64,000 nucleotides of DNA from Isurus oxyrinchus (lineage: Eukaryota), in the NCBI GenBank assembly GCA_026770705.1, contig JANJGN010000011.1, forward strand, positions 92,628,001 through 92,692,000, read 5' to 3'. The position numbers were made by a program, and so were the translations under genes. Under the pieces are notes generated by a model that made no database searches, had not been told where the DNA came from, and saw nothing but the letters and a program-made list of their open reading frames with translations. Below, piece by piece: positions 25,801-37,980 of this stretch (position 1 is the first letter of the stretch; each line of letters opens with the position of its first letter).

Positions 25801-26326
25801 GCAGGAAACAAATATAGTTAACCATAGGTGGTGCGTTTTGCGCAAAAGAGTATGTAGCCTACATCATTCCAACCAAGTTATAGTTTGTGGAGATAGAAGC
25901 ATAGAGGCTGACAGGTGGAGTGCTCAAGCATTGAACTGGCCAAGTCCTAACTTTTTCTGGTGAGTTTAGCACAGAAACTTTACATTGTTTCATGTGTTGC
26001 AATGCCAGTCTCTCGGCAAGGTACCGGTTACAAAGCTTCTGAAGGAGCAGGACAACATAGAGACAACAAGGGGAGAATTTTCCCCATGTTGGGCGGTCCA
26101 AGCAGGAGCAGGCATGGGTGACGTGGACCCGATCGCCGCCTGTGATGGGGTCCGCACCGCCATTTTACACAGGCGAGCCAATTGAGTCCTGCCCGGCATA
26201 ATGCGTGACTCCTGAGGATAGCGGGAGTGGGTGGGAAGCAGCGGGAGTGCAATGACCGCCAGGTCCAATGGGGACCGGGCTGCCTGTTTAAATGAAGCGC
26301 TGGCAGCCTTGGAAATGCTGCAGACA

Positions 26327-28417
26327 ATGGCAAGTAGAAGGACTCACCAGAGGGCTTCTGGTGAGCAGGCTAGTCCGGAAGCTAGGCCAGCGGAGCAGGG
26401 CAGTCCGGAGGGTAGGTCAGCAGAGCCGTGTGTCCCCCGGTTTTCAGATGGATGATGTAGTATGTGGTGCGACACACGTGGTTCCAATGCCATAAGAGAT
26501 TCAACAAGCTCCTGTGGTCAGAAAGGGTGAGTACCATGTTGGCAGAGGTCATTTAATGCAGTCTTTCCCCCAACCACCCCCACCCTGATCCCCAACACTT
26601 CACGGCATGTTTCCCTCGCTAGGTGGGCTAGCAGATATTGCCCAAGCCTAGTTCACACTGAAAGGGTTGTGCTGAGATGAGTTCTGCACCCGCAGCTTGT
26701 GTAACACTGACACCCAGAGTATAGAATCAGGGGCAAACTCAAGGATCTGCACCTAGGCGCAGTGCTAGAACTGGGAAGCATGTCAAAGTCAGGGTGTTAA
26801 CATGCTGGGAGGGGAGCTTCCAGATCGTGGGGCACCAATCCATCTGCTGGCCTTTCCGTTCCATGTGCTTGTCCCTCCTTGCTTTGCAAGGTTAGACCGT
26901 GTGATGCCACATGTGATGGAGGCAGCATTTGGGCAAGGGGGGGTGGTCAGCCCTGTCTTCTTTATATAAGTGTGCAGCAGCTGCAGGGTGACAAAGAACT
27001 AGAGTCCTGCAATGTCCGACTCTGGTTGGGGTGGCAGGGATGAGATGGGAATCCAAGTACAGGCTGGACTAAACAATGCTCTTCTCTCCTTTTCAGGAGA
27101 CTTCATACAATTCCGCCGAGCAGATGCAGACTGGCGGAGGCCAGGCCCAGTTGGCCATTGTGACTCGATTCAAGCAGCAGGCCATGGATCTGGAGAGGCG
27201 CCATGCGCTCAGGTCCACCGATGGCTGTGAGGCTGGGGTGTCACGGGGAGGTATGTTTGCCAAGAACTGAGGTCACCATGTGTGTCTCAGCAGCCATGGC
27301 ACTGCTGAATGCTCAGTGATTGAAGTTTGCAACGTGGGTTGACCACTAGTTATGGAAGGATGAGCTCATACTGATCCGGGGGACAGGCATGCAAATTGAC
27401 ATTGTCTCCACTTTAACTAATCAAATGTCCTTGTTCCTCCTTTCAGCGTCACTGGAGCAGGGCCTGGAGGAGGAGGTAGAGAGGCTCCCTCTCACACTGG
27501 AGGGCCCTGAACATTTTGACTCGCCAGCTTCACACCATCTCTGCCAGGCAGGCACCAACGCAGATACTAGCACCTCTGTGGGAATTCGATCATCAGCTGG
27601 TGTCCCGGGGCGCAGCACTGAGGGCACTTCACACTCACTTGAGGTGCGGGTGGAGACAGAGAGTGCCCATGGCGCCGGACGTCAGAGGACTGCAGGGGAC
27701 CAGGCACATGCTCGGTCGGTGGCTGATGATGGGCCTCTGGAGTCGTCTGGGAGGCAGCAAATGCTGGAGGTGCAGCAGGGCATGCGGGAAGATCTGTCAG
27801 AGATACATGAGGCAATGCGTGGCATGATGCCCATGCTGGAGGAGTCCATGTAGAGCATCACCGATGCAATGAGCCTCATGGCCGAGCGCTATGTTTCCTT
27901 CATGGAAAGAGTGGCGACTCTTGTGGAGAGGCTCCTCCAGGAGACCAATCAGGGCCTCCTGGGATTGCGCTGGGACCTGCAAGCCCTCACAGTGGCATTG
28001 ACCTCAGCTGGGCAATGCCAGTGTGGGAAATAGCTTGGGCACCATGTATCCCAGCTCGGTGCCTATCCATCTGTGGTGAGCAGGGAAGTCTGAAGTGATC
28101 TCATGTTGGCACAGCAGCCACCTGTCATCTCTGCGGGCACCTCTCAGAGTGCTCCGGATGAAGGCAGCAGCTCCTCCGCCCCTCTGCCAGTGACAGTGGC
28201 ATCTGATGAGGCTGCAGTAACTGGGGAGATGCCAGCTGTGGAACTGGCCACTCCCTCCCAGGCGGGGCCAGAACAGGCTCCACCGGCCAGAGGGCGACCG
28301 CCAAGGTCATCGAGACCAACAGGACAGCAGAGTGTGCAGGTTGTCTCAGATGCCATTCCCAGCGAGGGGGCAGCACCTAGACATAGCAGCCGAAAACGTA
28401 AACATAAGACACCTTAG
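26327..28417 (+). pseudogene. Harbinger Myb/SANT-like DNA-binding gene, 3 exons (26327-26526, 27097-27250, 27447-28417), disrupted
   Basis: PRFSD..HTWFQCHKRFNKLLWSER|gtgagt; ttttcag|ETSYNSAEQMQTGGG...|gtatgt; ctttcag|...RKRKHKTP*. Exon 1 has an internal deletion and exon 3 has in-frame stops. Confidence 0.85.
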
Positions 28418-28744
28418 GCACACCACGGGTTTCTCACTGGTGCTTTTGTGTTGCCCCACTATTAGTTCATGACCACTTGGTGTGATGTGCAACACATTTG
28501 TAATGTTTTTTTTCTGAACTTCATTTTGTCATATCATTAAATTTTGATACGTGAACATGGTTCAGGGTGATTCCTTTCTTCTGCAGGTGGATGGTTACCC
28601 ATGATGTTATGAGTGAGTTGTGTGACATTGAGCTATATTGACAAGGCCCTTAGTTAATGTTCCTATCCAGGTGGATTTTGTACTCAAGTATCGAGCATGG
28701 AGCCTGCAACCCTGGCTTGTGTTGGAGGTCCATCTGTGGTGTGC

Positions 28745-29969
28745 TAGCTGATGGTTCATTGGATTAAAGCCTCCTGGGTGTCCCTGCCTCCCTGGAGTAT
28801 GCCTGGGTCAGCGTCTACCCCCTCAGCATTCTCCTGTGCATGCTCATCCTCAGACTCACTGCTGGACTCATCGTGTGCAGACGGAGCAACTGCATCTCTA
28901 CCTTCCTTGTCCACTGCGTTCCCCCTTTCCAGCGCAAGATTGTGGAGAGCGCAGCATGCAACCACTATCAGCGCCACACGATCTGGGGGAGCATTGGGGT
29001 GCACCCCCTGAACGGTCCAGGCATCAGAAACGCACCTTGAGAAGACCAGTGGTTTTCTCTCCACCACAGCCTTGTGGAGCCGTGGCTCCTATTATACCGC
29101 TGCTCAGCTTTTGTTCTTGGATGGCGGAGAGGCATCATGAGCCACCTTCTGAGGGGATAGCCCTTGTCACCCAGCAGCCATCCATCCAGACTGAAGACCC
29201 CCGGCACCTGGGAGTGTCTCAGGATGTAGGCATCGTGGAAGCTGCCTGGGTACCTTGCACAGACTTGTAGAATCTGCATCCTATGGTCACACACTATCAG
29301 CACGTTCATGGAGTGGAAACCCTTCCTGTTGACGATGGCACCGGGCTCACCTGCTGGCACCTTGATGGCCACATGTGTGCAGTCAGTGGCACCTTGGACG
29401 CGGGGGAAGCCAGCAATGGCTGCGAAGCCTCTGGCTCGCTGTGTCTGGCTGGTCTCATCCCAGCGGTAGTGGATGAAAGTCAATGAATGCCTGAACAGAG
29501 AATCTGAGACCTGCTTGACACAAGTGTGGATAGCTGACAGGGAGACTCCGCAAAGCTCACCCACCGATCCCTGGAAAGAGCCGGAGGCATAGAAGTTGAG
29601 GGCAGCCTTGACCTTCAATGCCACTGGCATGGGGTGCCCACCCACACAGTTGGCGCGGACCTCAGGGCCTATCATCTGACAGATATAGTTGACTGTCTCC
29701 TTTGAGAGACGGAACCTCCTTCAGCATTGCACCTCAGACATGTTGAGGTAGCAGCTTCGCCGCCTATATACCCTGGCAGCAGGATAATGGCGTCTTCTGC
29801 GGCCCCTTCCGCCTTGGACTTCCTATTGGCCCTGCATCCCTTGTGCCTGTGCCTCTCCTCCCACAGGTGGCTCCCCTGGAGGCTGAATGTGGATTCCTGG
29901 CCTCCTCCCCGTTCTGGCCCTCCCTTCCTCCTCAGAGGAGATGCCTCCAGCGGATAGCACAACTCCCAT
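28745..29969 (-). pseudogene. Harbinger DDE transposase (DDE_Tnp_4/HARBI1-like), disrupted
   Basis: ALNFYASGSFQ, GFPRVQGATDCTHVAI, NRKGFHSMNV..VCD, RYPGSFHDAYIL, WLLGDKGYPL, ACCALHNLA and an acidic tail, with several stops and frameshifts. Confidence 0.93.
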
Positions 29970-31666
29970 TCCTAGGCTAAGGGAAGGCTTCCTGAAACCT
30001 GCAGGCCCCAGAATGATCTTTACTGTAGAGTCCTGACCTGAAGGCTGTTATCCCTGTCCAAGCAGCTGTGAAGAGGCAAGTATCAGTAACTTTCACAATT
30101 AAATATCTGACAAATACCACTCGCGACCCCACTCACCCCTCCTATCCCGCCCATGGATGAGGTTTATACAAATATGTCCTACCCACCTGTCCATTGTGCC
30201 CGTGCAACATCCTGAAGATCGCATGGGCCCCGAAAAATAGCAGGCAATTGCTGCCTTGAGGGCCTCAACTGGCTGATTAATTAATGGCAGGTGCACATTG
30301 GAGAACATTGCACGCCTGCCCACCTAAATCTCACAATGGAGGATCGCCCAACATCACCACGTGTCATTTTATGTATCGGCACGCGGAGCCCACCAATGAG
30401 AAAATTCGGGCCTTGTTACTTATTTCACACTTAACTGGTCATGTTCTGCGCAGAAAGTTGATGTCCAATTTGGCCTCACTGTTACTTCTGCAGCAAAATC
30501 ATTGTCATTATGAATAGAAGCTGTAGTATTATTTCTGTCAGAAGGGAGAAGTATATGTACTGAAGTGGGTAAATGGGGCCTGGTAAAACTAGAACTAATA
30601 CAAGGTTAAAAGCTGGAAAGTAGCAAATTCATGGCTAGACCTCACATGCATTAAATCAAGGCTGGGCTGAAAGGCTGTGCCAATATGGCTGGAAGGCAAA
30701 AAGATCACTGCTGACATAAATGAATAAGAATGTAATAAGTTTGGCCTTGTTATAGTCTTTCTGCAGGGGTTTGCTACCTTTAAAACAAATTCACCAGAGA
30801 AGTAATAAAAACCTAACTTATTTAATCCAGTTACATTTCTAGCTGCAATAACCACTATTGATATCTAAAATACCCAAAAAGCATCTCACACATAGGACTT
30901 TGTAAACACTGCCTACTAAATGTTGTCTGCTAATTCACTTTACTATTAAAGCATGGTCTGACTTTACTCAATTACTTATTTTTGCCAGAAGAAGGATGAG
31001 ATTTTGCCAAGAGTAAGATTTTGCCAGGTATAAAATGGAAACCTTCTAATTATCACAGCTGCAAAAACAGACTGCTTATTGAGATAGACCATGGTCAGAA
31101 GCTGTGAAATATCAGTAGAATATATCATGTCTGTGACCTTGGTATGAACTCCAGTGCAGATCTTAGAGAAAGGAGCAGACTTGTGAAGAGCAAAATTATT
31201 ATAAGGATTTCAAAGATAAATTGGCATGCTTAGTTCAGTAATTTCTTCAAGAAGTTTTTACAATGTATTTGGATAAGTTTAATGATTTTTGACAATTTTA
31301 TTTATGTGGTTATATTACTATTTCATTATTTGATATTTATAGTCAATGGCTCAAAAAACAATATGACCACTAAAAGAAGCTGGAGTGAAAGTTTTCAGCT
31401 TAGTTTTGTGATACTCACTGATTTGTGAATAGTAGTTTTCCAAAATAAAATGAACATCTCAGATGCTTAGTTTTGCTGGCTGTTGTCAGCTGTTCCTACC
31501 TATCTAGTAAATGGAACTTTTAATCAATTTTATTGATTCGCATTTGGTCAAATATTTAGTTGATACTATCATATTTCCCCTTTATGGACATATGATGGCT
31601 TTGAGGTATGATGCTTTATGTGACACTATTAAGATGTGATCCCTTTGAGATGTGAATTAAATTATT

Positions 31667-34600
31667 GGGCAGAATTTTCCATTATGACGACTAAGTGCCG
31701 TGGTGGGCAGCATAGTCGGTGTGATTCCCGCTGGGTGGCGGGGAGGGTAAACATGCACAATCTTTTACTTTCCACCTCATTAATTCTACATCTGTGAGGA
31801 ACACCACAAATTTTGTGGCTGGGTAGGTAGGAAACCACACACCCCACCATTACCTCATGTGGTTGAAGGTCCTGGATACATATTTAAATGGCGCTCAGAC
31901 AGATATTCACTCACTGCAGGCCAGGAGCTTCGCATTACTCCTCCAGAAGTCTTACATCTGCAGCACATACTGGAGAAGCTGGCAGATGTATGCAACCACA
32001 TCCTGGGGCAAACGAGGATGCCTCTGGCATTGCCTTTTGCTTATTTCTAGATGAGAATACCGCCTGCGAGACACCCATGGTTGGGCAAATGCTCACTGTT
32101 GCCGTGGTCCATGTTCACCAGCCTCTTGACCTTAATGAGGCCCCGTTGTCGCTTGCTGCTCAGGCCCTTGCTCCTCATGGCGCTGTGCCAACTAGCGATG
32201 GGCCCTCCTTCTCCTCATCTGGATGAGAGCCATTACAATGGCAGGGTTGCCTGCAGCCTGCATCACCGATGCCAGTGGATGTGTGAATGAATTGAAGTGA
32301 TACATAAAGTGCGCATTGTCATGAAAATATAATTTTCATAATACTATTGTGATTTATTGTAAAAGTACATTAATAGTGGGGTTTGGATAGTTTCTCTGTG
32401 TGTGGGGAATTTAATTGAATTGGAGACAGCTGGTCTGGAGGCTTTGACTCATCAAAAGAAGCCAGATTAAAAATGCTAAATAAATAAACATGGCTGAAGT
32501 TTTAGAATGTGAGGTGAGGGGATTTTGCATTTTTAGATCAGGGTAGTTTGAATCTCAAAGAGGTGGTAGGATGTTACATCTAACCAGAAAAGCTAGGCCA
32601 AGCAGTGTGTTTATTTTTCCCAAAAGTTACTGATAATATTAACCATGCAATGATTTATATTATGTGAAAAGTAAATTTCCAAAGACATATGGGAACAATG
32701 GAGTTTGCATTAAAAGAGAGAAACATGTATAAAGGAGATTGAGGTTATATGTTAGAGAAGGCATTACAAGATCTACCAGAAGTGTGAAAAGCCTCCAGTA
32801 TTTGTGCAATAAGCTGCTGTCTACAGAAGCTGAAGCTGGGAAAAGCCATCTTGAGTTCTACTGTCCGGGGTATTGTGTTAACTGGCTGGAATCTATTTAA
32901 AATCTATATTTTTGTTCACTATTGCCTTAACGAAGATGTAACTGGAAGCCAGATTAATTAGGGGTTTTTAGGAATTACTATAGTAGTAAGTTGTAGACCT
33001 ATGTATGTGCTTGAAATCTTTTCTTTTGTTCATAAATCTTTAACTTAGTTTTCTACAAAAAATCTCTGAAGTCTTGGTGGACTTGTTACTACTGAAATCA
33101 GGGCACACATCTCGAAATAACTACAAATTGCAAAATCATTGTGATCATGTGATCAGGTTTCCCTCATGGATTTGATCCACCTGGCACATATCCTTTGCTG
33201 CGTCATAACAGCATGTCCTTTACAGGTTTCCCTCCATCTGAAAGCCAACACACAAATGCTAAACCCTTCACGTGCCCTCATCTAGACATGGCATCCCCAC
33301 CCCAACCCTTCCGGGTAAAGGACACCCTGGAGGACTAGAGATGGGCGTTCCTGCCATTCACACATGAGTGCGTATGGAGACATTGCTCTTTGACCAGGTG
33401 ATGAGGGCCTTGTGCAAGGAGCGCATGTGGACACTTTGCCGCTTATCTCCACTTCTCTTGAAACTCTATAGTGAGACCGTTGCCTTAGCAGCATAGAAAG
33501 ATGAACCACATGTTCCTCTGTCAGTCATGAACATTCACCTGGCAGGATGGAGGTTTGGAGTTGTAAGTTTGCAGCTGTCCACCAGCCGTGCCACTTGAGG
33601 CATCCACCTTCCTCCCTCCCTGCATCTCACAGCAGCCAATGGCACAGAACGAACAGCAGCTCCACACCTTGCTGAGTACTTGATGTTATGAAACCCATGG
33701 TCTTAGATTTTCCGGCCTCGTCGCGGACGAAGCCATGCCCCCACCAGAAGTCCATTTACTTGCAGCAGAACAGAGGATCCCAGCAATGAGTCAGGAACAA
33801 ACCTATTGCAATGTAAGCTTTGCCATAGAGAGGAGAACACAGCTGAGCATCTTTGACATCCAGTTTCTCCATAATTATGAGGGTGTCCCTTTAGTTGGCC
33901 AGTTGTGCTGATCTTCAACTTTCCCGCCCCTGAAAAGACACTCCTCCCACCTCGAGGAACCTCACTGACTGACTGGGTGGTCAAGGTCAGTTTGGAAAAA
34001 TAGTGCATGTCACCTTTCAGACCCACTCCACCACTTCTATCCTACCCATGTCACCCACCAACTTCCTTCCATCACCATAGACTCACTCAATATCACCAGT
34101 TCTCTCCCCACTGTCACCCTTGAACATCTCCCTGTTACCCTGGACCCTATCACGATCCACATTCACTTGCCTTTCTCCCCCTCAGAGCCAACCCATTACC
34201 ATCCCCATGCCCACCCTGATCTTGTCCCCTCTCTTTATCCAAGCCGCCTGTCTTGTTCCTCTCCTTGACCTACCTGATGAGACTTTCACCTAGCAGGCTC
34301 TCACCCTGGACCTGCCACCCCATTGCATCCCACTCCCCATTCTGTGACTTTTCCCTGCTATCACCAGTAAGTACTGAGTACTCCCCTGGGAACCCTACCA
34401 TTGACACCACTGACCACACCCTCTAACACGCCTTGTCCTCTTCGCTGAACATTCCCCCACTTCCCCGGACATTCCCCCACCTTCCCTGGACACCTTCTCC
34501 ACCCTTCCCCTGTAAGCCTGCTTCCGCTGTCCAGTCTTCACTCCACCCTTCCACCCTACCCTCTCTTACAAGCCTTCACCTGCCTCCCTTGTCCAGCCTT

Positions 34601-35017
34601 GGTTCAGTGTTTGCTAGTGGCATTCAAGTGAAGTGATGCGAGGTCCCTAAGAAGCAGAAAGCAACATCTATGGATGTCAAAGTTATGGATGAAGTGAAGC
34701 TCTACAAGTGCACACCACTTATATACAGTCAAGAAACTGAAAACTCTTATTTCTCGATGGCAGGGAGTTTAATTTGGAGGCCAGACTTAATTCTGGCAAG
34801 GTGGCCTTTTAATGAGCATGCAGGAGATGCTAATGCATGCAAATGGGCTTCCCAACATTGTTCCTTAGGAAGTCCAACCCATTTACAACCCGCATTGCAA
34901 ATCGTGAGAACAAAATTTGCACAGTTTATCCTACCATCAGGAAACAGATTTTTTGCCTCCTGTCAAATTAAGTGATGATACAATTCCCACAGCTGGCAGG
35001 AGTGGAAAATTCCACAC
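31667..35017. mobile_element. Old Harbinger-related composite element interrupted by a solo LTR
   Basis: Ends GGGCAGAATTTTCCA...TGGAAAATTCCACAC. A minus-strand transposase N-terminal remnant lies at 31960-32100 (RRRYSHLEISKRQCQRHPRLPQDVVAYICQLLQ). Confidence 0.65.
32317..33210. mobile_element. Solo LTR (894 bp) with 4-bp TSD
   Basis: GCAT|TGTCATGA...TCATAACA|GCAT: TG..CA ends, 7/8 terminal inverted match, exact 4-bp duplication. AT-rich interior inside a GC-rich host element. Confidence 0.88.
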
Positions 35018-36022
35018 GTTGTAAACCTATGGATGGACTTTGTGCCCATCTGTATATTCTGTTGCTTACCAGTATTAGCCTCTATAGAGTCATCTGGGCA
35101 GGATCCTGGTAGTTTCCATTTGTAATCGGGAAGCTACCTTTGGGAGGAGGAAAATTTGAGCTGTAATTTTTGGGCACTTGCAACAACAGACCACAGTGGA
35201 CTGTTTCCACAGCAGATCTTTTAAAAAAAGAAATCCTGCAGAGAATAAATTAATTGCACTGAAATTAAATACCTTGAAAGTATTAAATGTCCAGCAAAAA
35301 AATGTGAAATTGGCAGCTGGCCATGAGAAGTCAGCAGACAGTTCCCTGTCTGATTTTTCCCTGTGCCTTGCCTAGAAGCCAATGCGGCTCCAATGAAAAA
35401 TCTGCCCTGAAATCTTTTGAGGGGCAGCACCTTTCGGATGCAATGGTATGAATGCACTGCAAATGCAAATCTTGCAATCATGTGGATTTTTCTTTTCATT
35501 GTTGTCATTGTTAACAGGTAAGTCATGTGAGGATAGAGGCAGATGTGACAGGTGGAGTGAAACTGGAAAAAGGCAGAACACAAATCAGGCAGAATTGCAT
35601 TTGCCGACATGAGGGAGAAAGGATTAGACAGGCCCAATATTCAGTTCCATTCAAGTCATTCAGGCAGAGCATAGAACAGTCAACCAATGTGATGCCACCT
35701 GCTTGAATTTGCACCCATGTCATTTTCACTCCCTGTCGGTCTAAGTTAACATGTTCTATAACTGTGAGTTCTTGTGAGCATGCAGCTGCCTGGCAATACC
35801 ACATTTGAGAAGATATTAGAGATTGGAAGGTAGTTGGGGAAGGGGGGGGTTAAGGGGATACTTTTGAGGAGGTGGTGATTATCGGTTTCAATAGGTTGAT
35901 GGATAAACCTAATAAAAGGGGTTATTGAAAATGATAATTGATATGTGAGGAGTTGAATCGAGAAGGAATCAAAGGGGCAGAAGCTGGTGTCCTAGAAGAG
36001 ATCAGCTTGGAAAATAAGATGG

Positions 36023-37565
36023 GGTGCTGCTTCATGCTCTCATCTGGACTTGGAAAAATGTATTAATTTTGATTCCAATTTCCACCGCTCCATCTTTTTC
36101 ACATGGTACATCTCTGACACTTCCCTTCCCTTCCTTGACCTCTCTGTTTCAATTTCTGGTGATAGACTGTCCACCAATATTCATTACAAGCCTACCGACT
36201 CCCACAGTTATCTCAACTACAGCTCCTCACACCCCGCTTCCTGGAAGGACTCCATCCCATTCTCTCAGTTTCTTTGCCTCAGTCGCATCTGTTCTGATGA
36301 TGCCACTTTCAAAAACAGTTCCTCTGACATTTCTTCCTTCTTCCTTAACTGAGGTCTTCCACCCACAGTGGTTGACAGAGACTTCAACCGTGTCTGGCCC
36401 ATCTCCCGCGCATCCGCCCTGACACCTTCCTCTCCCTCCCAGAAACAGGATAGGGTCCCCCTTGTCCTCACTTATCACCTCACCAGCCTCTGCATTCAAA
36501 GTATCATCCTCTGCCATTTCCGCCAACTCCAGCATGATGCCACCACCAAATGCATCTTCCCTTCACCCCCCACCCCCCCGGCAGCATTCCACAGGGATCG
36601 TTCCCTCTGGGATACCCTGGTCCACTCCTCCATCACCCCCTACACCTCAACCCCCTCCCACGACACCTTCCCATGCAACTGCAGAAGGTTCAACACCTGC
36701 CCCTTTACTTCCCCTCTCCTTACCGTCCAAGGGCCCAAACACTCCATTCAAGTGAAGCAGCATTTCACTTGCACTTCCCTCAATTTAGTCTACTGCATTC
36801 ACTGCTCCCAATGCCGTTTCCTCTCATTGGAGAGACCAAACGCAGACTGGGTGACCGCTTTGCGGAACACCTTCGGGCTGTCCACAAGCATGACCCAGAC
36901 CTCCTTGTCGTTTACCATTTCAACACTCCACCCTACTCTCATGCACACATGTCCATCCTTGGCCTGCTGCATTGTTCCAGTGAAGCTCATGCAAACTGGA
37001 GGAACAGCACCTCATCTTCCGATTAGGCACTTTACAGCCTTCCGGACTGAATATTGAGTTCAACAATTTTAGATCATGAACTCTCTCCTCCATCCCCACC
37101 CCCTTTCTGATCCCCCTTTTTCCAATAATTTATATAGATTTTTCTTTTCCCACCTATTTCTGTTATTTTTAAATGTATTTCCATCCATTATTTTATCTCT
37201 GCCTTTTAGCCTATTTCGATCCCTTCCCCCCACCCCACCCCCACTAGGGCTATCTGTACCTTTATAATCACATTCCTTAGATAATATCACCAGCTTCAAC
37301 ACCTCTTTGTCCTTTTGTCTACGACATATTTTGGTTATCTTCACCCTATTACTGACCCTCTATCCAGCTCTACTTGTCCCACCCCCCATTAAACCACCTT
37401 ATATTTCACCTCTTTTCTATTTTTCCTTAGTTCTGTTGAAGAGTCATACAGACTTGAAATGTTAACTGTGTTCCTCTCCGCAGTCGCTGTCAGACCTGCT
37501 GAGTTTTTCCAGGTATTTTGTTTTTGTTTTGGATTTCCAGCATCCGCAGTTTTTTGCTTTTATTT
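36023..37565 (+). mobile_element. 5'-truncated PLE (RT thumb, GIY-YIG, tail), frameshifted
   Basis: LPFLDLSVSISGDRLSTNIHYKPTDSHSYLNYSSSHP..SIPFSQF and CNCRRFNTC..LVYCIHCSQC. Flanks AAATAAGATGG (36012-36022) and AAATAAGAAGG (37566-37576). Hammerhead-like motif at 37429-37467. Confidence 0.93.
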
Positions 37566-37699
37566 AAATAAGAAGGAGGTTTGGGGGGTGGTGGGGGGGG
37601 GTGGGGTGTGGGCGGTGGAGGGGTGCGGTGGGGGGTGGTGTGGGGAGATGAAAGAGCAACTGCTAAATAACAGAGATTAAGATCTGGTGAGTTGAGAGA

Positions 37700-37980
37700 T
37701 TAGGAGATGGTTGACAGAAGGAGAGACTCCGCAAGGATGCTATTACTCATTCAGACAAAGAAATCCATAAACTCTGGGGACTCATTTAAAGAACAATTAG
37801 AGGCTATCAAGCAAAGGGTTGCTAGATAAGAACATGAGGGAGAAAGGATTAGAACAAATTGCTGGTAGAGTTAGATGAAGTCAGGTGGGAGGAGGTTTTT
37901 GTGGAGCATAAGTACTGCCAAAGACCAGTCGGCCCAAATGGCCTGTTTCTGTACTCTAAATTCTATGTAATTGTATGTAA
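37700..37980 (+). mobile_element. CR1 3' end fragment
   Basis: GTGGAGCATAA..GCC..AGACCAGTCGGCCCAAATGGCCTGTTTCTGT..ATTCTATGTAATTGTATGTAA, a CR1 hairpin and tail. Confidence 0.75.

Larger units (their letters stand above)
26070..30412. mobile_element. Near-complete two-gene Harbinger transposon with convergent Myb and transposase genes
   Basis: Imperfect TIRs GGGAGAATTTTCCCCA...TGAGAAAATTCGGGCC enclose both genes. GC- and CpG-rich compared with its flanks. Confidence 0.92.

Noticed and set aside
26327-29969. Domesticated HARBI1/NAIF1-type host gene pair
   Set aside because: Both frames contain stops and frameshifts, lie between TIRs and have several related decayed copies in the window.
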